From assembly GCA_963841415.1 (NCBI GenBank), contig CAWJCN010000001.1:1379334-1443333 (forward strand): DNA of 64,000 nt. The letters are read 5' to 3'. Source of the stretch: an uncultured Actinomycetes bacterium. GTDB lineage: Bacteria; Actinomycetota; Acidimicrobiia; IMCC26256; DASPTH01. Position 1 is the first letter of the stretch. Every line of letters starts with the position of its first letter. The position numbers were made by a program, and so were the translations under genes. The notes under the pieces were generated by a model. It did not search any database. It saw only the letters and a list, made by a program, of their open reading frames with translations, and was not told the origin of the DNA. Below, one piece after another: positions 27,519 through 34,536 of this stretch.

Positions 27519-28790
27519 GTGGCGGCCACGCGATTCGCAGAGACCGAAACCCCCGCTGACCTGCAGTGGGCGCCGCGCGGGGTCGCCGCCGTGTCCGTGA
27601 AGAGTCGACCCGTCACTCCGCTGCCGGATCTCGTCGACTGTCTCTGGGAAGGTGGCGGCTACGGCGCTCGCCGAGACCGTCGGCCGTTCCGCTTCCAGGC
27701 GTTCGTGCCCGACCCGATCGCGGACTGGGACCGACCGCTCGCCGGTCGCGCCGCAGAGGCTGTCGCTCGGGCGACCGCCGCACTGAGCGAGCTTCAAGCC
27801 GTGGGTCCCGGCCACGACCTCGCGGCGATCGCCACCACGCTGCTCCGCGCGGAGGCCCTCGGGTCCTCGTTCATCGAGGGCTTGCGGGCCTCGAACAAAC
27901 GACTGGCGCTTGCCGCCTACGCGCCCGTCGCGGCCGACCCGACGGCACGAGCCGTGCTCGGCAACGTCCGAGCGATGGAACACGCGATCGAGATCGGCAC
28001 GACGCAACGCCGACTCCAACCCGACGACCTGCTCGACATCCACCGGACGCTGCTCGAAGGCACCACCGAGGAGCGCTGTGCAGGAGTCGTGCGCACCGAC
28101 CAGAACTGGATCGGCGGGCGAGGCACGAGCCCACGCGACGCCGCGTTCATCCCTCCCCCCGCCGACCGCGTGCCCGGCCTGCTCGATGACCTCGTCGCGT
28201 TCGCGAACCTCGACGACCTTCCTGCCATCTCGCAGGCCGCGATCGCGCACGCCCAGTTCGAGACGATCCACCCCTTCGGTGACGGCAACGGCCGCGCCGG
28301 CCGCTGCCTGATCCACGTGATCCTGCGACGGCGCAGTGTTGCGTCTCGTCTGGTACCCCCCATCAGCGTGGTGCTCGCAACCAACGCGAAGCGCTACATC
28401 GCCGGACTCACCGACTTCCGTGAAGAGCGCACCGACGACTGGATCGGCGGCTTCGCCGACACGGTCACCGTGGCCGCCCGAAGCACGGAGCTTCTCCGGA
28501 CTCAGATCGACGGACTGCTCGATGTCCTCATCCACCGCGCCGGCTCACCGAGAACCGACTCCGTCGCCCGACGGATCATCCGGGGACTGCCGCAGCACCC
28601 CGTCGTGAGCGCAGACGTGGCAGCTTCCGCTTATCGGGTGACCCCGACCGCCGCACGCGCCGCCCTCAACCGCCTGGAGGTAACGGGCGTCCTCGTACCA
28701 ACACGCGTCGGGCGCCGACGCGACCGCGAATGGATCAGCGACGACCTCTTCCAACTCCTCGACACGTTCGAACAGAACCTCGGTGAGTGA
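27519..28790 (+). CDS. Fic family protein (Fic_N + Fic core + C-terminal winged-helix-like region)
   Basis: Canonical Fic motif HPFGDGNGRAGR. The N-terminal SSFIEG fits the (S/T)xxxE(G/N) inhibitory-helix motif. GTG 27519 follows the vanX TAG directly, so the exact start is uncertain within the first ~80 nt. Confidence 0.85.
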   Translation: MAATRFAETETPADLQWAPRGVAAVSVKSRPVTPLPDLVDCLWEGGGYGARRDRRPFRFQAFVPDPIADWDRPLAGRAAEAVARATAALSELQAVGPGHDLAAIATTLLRAEALGSSFIEGLRASNKRLALAAYAPVAADPTARAVLGNVRAMEHAIEIGTTQRRLQPDDLLDIHRTLLEGTTEERCAGVVRTDQNWIGGRGTSPRDAAFIPPPADRVPGLLDDLVAFANLDDLPAISQAAIAHAQFETIHPFGDGNGRAGRCLIHVILRRRSVASRLVPPISVVLATNAKRYIAGLTDFREERTDDWIGGFADTVTVAARSTELLRTQIDGLLDVLIHRAGSPRTDSVARRIIRGLPQHPVVSADVAASAYRVTPTAARAALNRLEVTGVLVPTRVGRRRDREWISDDLFQLLDTFEQNLGE

Positions 28791-28929
28791 CGCCGCCCCC
28801 GATGGCAAGCTCGCGCAGGTCACCATGGCAGCTGGGTCTCCGTGAACGCCGAGCGAGACCGAGCTTGGGTGTCAAGCAACAGTTTGTCGCTCCCGGCTGT
28901 AGCTGCGCGGTCATCATTGTGCGGGTCGA

Positions 28930-30705
28930 TCAGAGGTCGATCGTGAGATCGGTGTTGGGTTGTGAGCAGCACACGAGCACGTTGCCATCGGCGGGTGCCT
29001 CGAGTGGTTCGGGGGAGTAGTCGACTGTTCCGTCGAGCAGACCGGTCTCGCAGGTGTGGCAGACGCCGGTGCGACACGACCATCGCACCGGTACGTCGCA
29101 GGCCTCGGCCAGCTCGAGGATGCTCGTGCGCCTTTCGCCCCAACGTACGTTGAGCCCGGTGCGCACGAATGAGATGAGCGGTCCCGAGCCGGGTGCGCCC
29201 TCGGGCTGATGCGGCGCCCGCATCGGACCTGCGACGACTCCGGGCGTGATCGATCCCTCTGCACCGAAGATCTCGGTGTGCACGCGTTCGGCGGCAACTC
29301 CGAGCGCGGCGAGTCCCTCGCGCAGCGCGTCCATGAACGCAGTCGGTCCACACAGGTAGTACACGCCTTCGATCGGCACGCCTGCCGCTTCCAGTGCCTC
29401 TGGGGTGAGACGCCCGACCGCGTCGTAGTCAGTGCCCGCGCGGTCGGTCGGGCTGGGCCGGCTGTACCAGATGTGACGGTGCACGTGGGCAAGGTCGTCC
29501 AGGAGTGCGTCGGTCTCTTCGGCGAAGGCGTGCTCCGACCTGTTCCGCGCACCGTGCAACCACCAGATGTCACGAGTCGAACGGCTGTCGTGGAGCGCGT
29601 GCACCATCGCCAGCATCGGCGTCACGCCGACTCCCGCGCTGGCGAGCACGACCGGCCGCTCACTGTCGTCGAGGACGAACAGTCCGCGTGGGGCTGCGAC
29701 CTCCAATTGGTCGCCGACGCGGACGTCGGCACGGATGAACTGACCGGCGGCGCCGCGCGGTTCGACCTTGACGCCGATCCTGTAGTTGGCATCCCCCGGT
29801 GATCCCGAGAGCGAATAGCTCCGCACGAGCGGCGACGAACCCGGGCCGGGCCTGAGCTTGAGTGTGATGAATTGCCCGGGTTCCGCGCGGGCGAGGGGCC
29901 GACCGTCGCCGGACTCCAGCTCCAGGGACACGACGTCGCTGCTCTCCGCTCGCTTCGCCGAGACACGGAGCGTGCGGAAGCCGCGCCACGCCGGCGGCGG
30001 ACCGAGCGCCGTCAGCCCTGCGTTCCCTCCGCCGGGCGAATTCCCGAGCCCCTCGTCGAGCAGCGCCCGCAGCGATCCCTGCCAGCCCGGGCTGAGCGCC
30101 GGGATGCGAAGCGCGCGCCGGAGTTGCTCGACATCATGACGGCCGGCGAGGTAGAGGAGCGCGTTGAGGTCCGCGACCGTCATCGCCCCCGGCCCGGTCG
30201 CGATCCTCATCGCGTCGTCGCCCGGCCGAACTTCGCCCTCTTCGAGCACGCGGAAGTAGAAGCCCGGACGGCCGTGGGCGACCAGGAGCGCAGCCATGCG
30301 CGGCTCGTCCATCCGGATCCCGACCCGATAGCACGTGACCCGCGGCTGGGAGACCTCGAAGAGCGCCGAGCCGATGCGATACCGGTCACCGATGCACACC
30401 TCGTCGTCGCCAAGCCCCTCGACCGTGAAGTTCTCGCCGAACTGGCCGAACGTGAAGTCGTCGCGGTGCATCTGGTCCTGCCAGTACCGGTACGAGTCGA
30501 GCTGATACACATACACGGCCCGCTGCTCGCCTCCGTGACCCTGCAGATCACCCTGGCCGTCACCGTCCACGTTCAGACGCCGGACCGTTCGCGGGCCCTC
30601 GACCGACTCCTTCCAGATGCCCGTGAAGACTGTCTGCCCCTGCCACGTGATCTCCCGCGGCTGCCCGACGTTGACCGAGACGAGCCTCGCTGCAGCCTGC
30701 GACAT
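28930..30705 (-). CDS. MOSC domain / FAD-NAD(P) reductase / 2Fe-2S ferredoxin fusion protein
   Basis: Start MSQAAARLV (cat 30703-30705), with RBS AGAGAGG upstream. MOSC-like N-terminus, RSYSLSG flavin motif, and C-terminal CRTGVCHTCE...VLVCC plant-type ferredoxin cysteines. Confidence 0.85.
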   Translation of the reverse strand: MSQAAARLVSVNVGQPREITWQGQTVFTGIWKESVEGPRTVRRLNVDGDGQGDLQGHGGEQRAVYVYQLDSYRYWQDQMHRDDFTFGQFGENFTVEGLGDDEVCIGDRYRIGSALFEVSQPRVTCYRVGIRMDEPRMAALLVAHGRPGFYFRVLEEGEVRPGDDAMRIATGPGAMTVADLNALLYLAGRHDVEQLRRALRIPALSPGWQGSLRALLDEGLGNSPGGGNAGLTALGPPPAWRGFRTLRVSAKRAESSDVVSLELESGDGRPLARAEPGQFITLKLRPGPGSSPLVRSYSLSGSPGDANYRIGVKVEPRGAAGQFIRADVRVGDQLEVAAPRGLFVLDDSERPVVLASAGVGVTPMLAMVHALHDSRSTRDIWWLHGARNRSEHAFAEETDALLDDLAHVHRHIWYSRPSPTDRAGTDYDAVGRLTPEALEAAGVPIEGVYYLCGPTAFMDALREGLAALGVAAERVHTEIFGAEGSITPGVVAGPMRAPHQPEGAPGSGPLISFVRTGLNVRWGERRTSILELAEACDVPVRWSCRTGVCHTCETGLLDGTVDYSPEPLEAPADGNVLVCCSQPNTDLTIDL

Positions 30706-30953
30706 CGTCGAACCTCTCTTTCCCCGACCGACGAACGGTAGGCCCGCGAGGATTCGCCGTCTCTCGGAACGCCAGACGAGCTGGTACCCGCTTGGCATCT
30801 TCGACCCGATTGTCGTCAGAGGACAGGAAGCGAGACGCTGGCGACGGCGCCGCGTCTGCGCGATGGTGCCCTTACCCGCTCGAGGTCCATCCGAAGGACC
30901 CGGCGGCTACAGGAGCCAGCCATGAGCACACAGCTCCCCGATCCGCGCCTCGC

Positions 30954-31394
30954 TCACGCCGACGGACGGCCCCAGAACCAGTAGCCGTTGTAGACGCGGT
31001 GAACGACCAGGCCCGGCTTGAGCACGAGCGTGTGCGGGATCATCGGATCGTTCCCGGGGTCCGTGTACTCCTGGATGTCGAGGTCTCGCTGGACGATTCG
31101 ACCTGGGTCCGAGAGGAAGGTCCATTGCGCGCCGACCGACGCGCGGAACTCCTACAGCGTGTGATGGTCGTCCGTCGCGATCGTCGCGAGCTGGGTGTAC
31201 GCCACCGCGAATTGCGGGTAGGCCATTGCGAGTTGGAGGTGCTGCTGGTGCTCCTTGGGGCAGTAGTGCCCGCGCGCGAGCGTGAGGACCATCGGGTCGC
31301 CGCCCTGCAGCTCGCTCAGTGTGCGCGGCGTCTCGGTGTGGTCGGGAAGTTCGTAGTCCGGGAACGTGCTGCCGGGGACGATGTCTGACCTCAT
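30954..31394 (-). pseudogene. redoxin/AhpC-TSA family protein interrupted by an in-frame TAG
   Basis: The 80-aa ORF (…LARGHYCPKEHQQ…DDHHTL) stops at TAG (31152-31154). The same frame then reads EFRASVGAQWTFLSDPGRIVQRDLDIQEYTDPGNDPMIPHTLVLKPGLVVHRVYNGYWFWGRPSA, ending at TGA 30954-30956. Confidence 0.7.
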
Positions 31395-31455
31395 GGCGTT
31401 GGCCTTTCATGTTGGACACGAGCACCGATCGCGACGACCATGAGGCCCAAGATGG

Positions 31456-32793
31456 TCAGCCGCCCGCGCTGGCGATCTCGACGCGCAGCGCCTTGAGCGC
31501 GTCGGCGTAGATCTCGGAGAACGTCGGGAACGGTTGGATCGTGTCAACCAGCACCTCGAGCGACACCTGGGCGCGGATGGCGAGCGTCGCCTGCTGGAGC
31601 CACTCACCGGCTTCGGGCCCGAGTGCGTACGCGCCGGTCAGCGGTCCACCGTCGCTGAGCAAGCTCAGGAAGCCGTTCGACTCGGCGTAGGCGCGGGTGT
31701 AGGTCGCGGTCTTCGAGATTCCCGACACCGGCGCGGTCCCGCGGAAGCGGGCGTCGAGCGCACCGACCGACGCGGCCTGTGGATCGGTGAAGACGACCCG
31801 CGGGAGCGCGTCGTAGTTCGCTGCGCGCGGCTCGCCGAGGATGTTCGCCGCGACGATGTCGCCCTGGTACTTGCCGGTCGTCGTCAACGGCCAGATTCCG
31901 GTGACATCACCGATCGCCCAGAGCCGGTCACCAGCTCGCAGATGGGAGTCGACGGGAATGCCCTCGCGGTTGGGTTCGATGCCGACGGTCTCGAGCCCGA
32001 TGCCCTCGACCCGAGGATGGCGACCCGTCGCGACGAGCAGGCGCTCACCCCGCAGCTCGGGCGCGTTCTCGAAGGCCAGGACGTAGTCGCCGCCGTCCCG
32101 GCGCACCTCCTTGGGATGCACGCCGAGCAGGATCTCGATGCCGTCACGCCGCAGGACCTCCACGAGTGCGTCGCCCAGCGGCGCGGGCTCATTGGCCAGC
32201 ACGCGCTCCGCGACGTCGACGAGCGCGACGTCGCCGCCGAGCCGCTGGACCGCCTGGGCCATCTCGACGCCGACCGGTCCCGCGCCGATGATCAGCAGCC
32301 GGCGCGGGACGGCGGTCATCCCGGTCACTTCGCGGTTGGTCCAGACGCCCTCGAGCCCGGCGAGCCCCGGAATCGGGGGCAGGTTCGGGTCCGCGCCGGT
32401 GGCGACGACGACGTGGTCGGCGGTGTGTCGCACGCCGTCGACCTCGACCGCGCCGATGCCCGCGAGCCGGCCGGTCCCGCGGAGCAAGTCGATGCCCTGG
32501 TCGGTGAGCCACTTGTCGGCGCTCGTGTCGGTGTGCTTCGACACCATGTAGTCGCGCCAGGCGAGCGCGGCGTCGACGTCGACCTGGGCACTTGCCGCGG
32601 CCTCGTTCGCCTCGTGCACGGCCTCGCCCGGGCGGAGCAGCGTCTTCGACGGGATGCACGCCCAGTACGAGCACTCACCACCCACGAGCTCGCGTTCGAC
32701 CACTGCGACGCGGAGCCCTCCGTCAGCGAGCGCGCCGGCGCAGTGCTCGCCGGGCGCGCCGGCGCCGAGGACAATGACGTCGTAATCGCTCAC
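31456..32793 (-). CDS. FAD-dependent pyridine nucleotide-disulfide oxidoreductase (dihydrolipoyl dehydrogenase/MerA-like family)
   Basis: [16 protein letters not shown], the redox-active disulfide [13 protein letters not shown], and a second Rossmann motif [15 protein letters not shown] 32793 overlaps the upstream VOC stop (GTGA). Confidence 0.85.
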   Translation of the reverse strand: MSDYDVIVLGAGAPGEHCAGALADGGLRVAVVERELVGGECSYWACIPSKTLLRPGEAVHEANEAAASAQVDVDAALAWRDYMVSKHTDTSADKWLTDQGIDLLRGTGRLAGIGAVEVDGVRHTADHVVVATGADPNLPPIPGLAGLEGVWTNREVTGMTAVPRRLLIIGAGPVGVEMAQAVQRLGGDVALVDVAERVLANEPAPLGDALVEVLRRDGIEILLGVHPKEVRRDGGDYVLAFENAPELRGERLLVATGRHPRVEGIGLETVGIEPNREGIPVDSHLRAGDRLWAIGDVTGIWPLTTTGKYQGDIVAANILGEPRAANYDALPRVVFTDPQAASVGALDARFRGTAPVSGISKTATYTRAYAESNGFLSLLSDGGPLTGAYALGPEAGEWLQQATLAIRAQVSLEVLVDTIQPFPTFSEIYADALKALRVEIASAGG

Positions 32794-33452
32794 TCCGGCG
32801 GTTCGCCGCCGGTCTGCTCCGCCAGCATGAACGCGGCGTACCACGCAGGCCAGTCCTCGTCCCGCTCACCTGTGCGCTTCTCGTGCTCGCCGTGCGCCGC
32901 CTCCGCGCGCTTGAGTGCCCGCGAGAGCTCGTCGGCGGAGGTGAACGTCGCGCGGTTCGCGTCGACGCGACCGGGCAGCCGGCTGGTGATCTCCTGCAGC
33001 TGCCAGACATTCCCGTCCGGATCACGGAACTCCGAGAACGACGCGTACGTTCGCCGTTCGGGGTCAGGACCCTTCGCCCGGACGCTCTCGGTGAAGCGGT
33101 CGTACCCGCCAGTCGAGTCGTGGAAGACCTCAGCGTCGAGACCGTGCGCGACGAGATCGTCGTGCGCGGTCTCGATGTCAGAGACGACGAGAAGGTTGAC
33201 GGCCGACCCCGGTGCAGCCGATGTGAGGCCGGACCCGAACTGGATCGAGCACCCCGACCCCGGAGGGTTGAACTGGACGATCCGGAAGTCGCCAGCTCCG
33301 AGGTCGGCGTCGAGCCGCCACCCGAGACCCTCGTAGAACGCCTTCGCTCCGTCGACGTCCGAGACGGGGATGACGACCGTCTCGAGAGTCATGTCGACGT
33401 GCACGACGCCCGGGTCGGTCACCGCGCGGCCGGGGACCTCGGTGGTGCTCAC
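32790..33452 (-). CDS. VOC (glyoxalase/bleomycin-resistance/dioxygenase) family protein with helical C-terminal extension
   Basis: [20 protein letters not shown] and [13 protein letters not shown] are VOC modules. The C-terminus reads [25 protein letters not shown]. Confidence 0.8.
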   Translation of the reverse strand: MSTTEVPGRAVTDPGVVHVDMTLETVVIPVSDVDGAKAFYEGLGWRLDADLGAGDFRIVQFNPPGSGCSIQFGSGLTSAAPGSAVNLLVVSDIETAHDDLVAHGLDAEVFHDSTGGYDRFTESVRAKGPDPERRTYASFSEFRDPDGNVWQLQEITSRLPGRVDANRATFTSADELSRALKRAEAAHGEHEKRTGERDEDWPAWYAAFMLAEQTGGEPPE

Positions 33453-33579
33453 GGGGCGTCTCCTCTTCTTGTCGGAAACCCACGGTCGCGCGGCATCACG
33501 GTCGGGTCAACCGACAGTGTGGAAACGTTTCGATGCAGCAGCTACCGATCGAATCAAGGGCCGTATCGCACGCTCCGCA

Positions 33580-34032
33580 CTACGACGTGCTCTCTGGGTC
33601 CGGGTGCAGACCTCGAGGGGCAGCCGTGGTCTGGCCGACCTCGATGAGGTGACCATCCGGATCGCGGATGTAACAGCGGATCTCGGTTTCGTGTTGCTTC
33701 GGGGTCGTGAGGAACTCCGCCCCACGCGCGCTCCATTCCGCGTACACAGAGTCGATGTCGGCGACCCGGATGTTGAGAAAGCTGCTGGTCCGATTCGGGT
33801 CTGGCGGGATCTCGAGGGTGACGGTCGGCTTGTCGTCGGTCGGGCCACCGCCGCGATTGATGATGATCCAGCCATTCGCGAGCGCAACATAAGAGGGCTC
33901 TCCGGTCGTGACGGCCTGACCGCCGAGCACCTCGGTGTAGAAGAGACGAGAACGTTCGACGTCCTCCGACACGATGAAGTGCGCGAGAACGATCCCCTGG
34001 GCGGGGGCGGGAAACGGCGGTGTCGCAGACAC
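33580..34032 (-). CDS. VOC (glyoxalase-like) family protein
   Basis: GTG 34032 is preceded by AAGGAG plus a 5-nt spacer. HFIVSEDVERSRLFYTEVLGG and IRDPDGHLIEVGQ are VOC modules. The rest of listed ORF 33580..34452 is a composite. Confidence 0.75.
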   Translation of the reverse strand: MSATPPFPAPAQGIVLAHFIVSEDVERSRLFYTEVLGGQAVTTGEPSYVALANGWIIINRGGGPTDDKPTVTLEIPPDPNRTSSFLNIRVADIDSVYAEWSARGAEFLTTPKQHETEIRCYIRDPDGHLIEVGQTTAAPRGLHPDPESTS

Positions 34033-34108
34033 TGGCGCTCCTTGGGTCCTGGCGGTGGTGGCCTCGTACTTCAATCCTGTTGCACAAGCGACGACTTCGC
34101 ACTTGAGA

Positions 34109-34405
34109 TCAACATTGGCCGTTCGCCTTCGGCCTGATGAGCTGGCCCAGGACTTCGGCAACGGCGCGGTCGTTGCCCTGCACGCGGTGGATGTAGATGT
34201 CGAGCATGATCGACGGGGAGAGGGGTGCCCGAGGCGCGCCGACACGGTGCGGATGTCGGCGCCGGCAGCGACGAGCTGACTCCCGACGAAGTTGCGGAGG
34301 TCGTGCAGCCGAACTCCCTCGATCTTGGTCCGCTCGATCTTGGTCCGCTCGCAGAGGCGAACGAACCGACGCGGGAGCAACGAAGTGATGGACACAACCT
34401 CGGGA
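34109..34405 (-). pseudogene. tyrosine recombinase (phage-integrase family) C-terminal remnant, N-terminally deleted and frameshifted
   Basis: GVRLHDLRNFVGSQLVAAGADIRTVSARLGH (HxxR and LGH boxes) is followed, after a frame switch near 34215-34228, by SPSIMLDIYIHRVQGNDRAVAEVLGQL (catalytic Tyr box) and TGA 34109-34111. Only ~100 aa remain, directly beside tRNA-Val. Confidence 0.7.
34321..34350. repeat. perfect 15-bp tandem duplication inside the integrase remnant
   Basis: GATCTTGGTCCGCTC occurs twice in tandem, encoding ERTKI-ERTKI on the minus strand. Confidence 0.95.
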
Positions 34406-34412
34406 CGCGAAT

Positions 34413-34436
34413 CAGGGGCCCTCGAAAGGGCCCCTG
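34413..34436 (-). terminator. stem-loop just downstream of tRNA-Val
   Basis: CAGGGGCCC / GGGCCCCTG form a perfect 9-bp stem with a 6-nt loop. No U-tract follows. Confidence 0.5.
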
Positions 34437-34464
34437 ACCTGCATGTCTTCATGTGTCGTCACCG

Positions 34465-34536
34465 TGGGCGATAGCAGATTTGAACTGCTGACCCCTTCCG
34501 TGTCAAGGAAGTGCTCTCCCCCTGAGCTAATCGCCC
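34465..34536 (-). tRNA. tRNA-Val: tRNA-Val (anticodon GAC), CCA not encoded
   Basis: Hand-folded cloverleaf: acceptor GGGCGAT/ATCGCCC, D stem GCTC/GAGC, anticodon stem CTTCC/GGAAG with loop TTGACAC, and T arm AGCAG-TTCAAAT-CTGCT. Confidence 0.93.

Noticed and set aside
28855-28890. GTGTCAAG plus GCTC.CC similarity to the anticodon region of tRNA-Val, considered as a possible left att remnant of the island.
   Set aside because: Only about 8 contiguous matching bases, and the flanks do not align to the tRNA. I could not tell this apart from chance by eye.
31152-31154. The in-frame TAG in the redoxin gene read as programmed recoding (pyrrolysine or suppression).
   Set aside because: No pyl genes or recoding signals are visible. 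The actinobacterial context, together with many other gene disruptions in the window, makes mutation or error far more likely.
33580-34452. Listed 290-aa ORF treated as a single protein.
   Set aside because: It is a composite. A VOC gene with its own RBS and GTG (34032) is joined, through stop-free sequence, to an integrase fragment and the tRNA-Val terminator hairpin.
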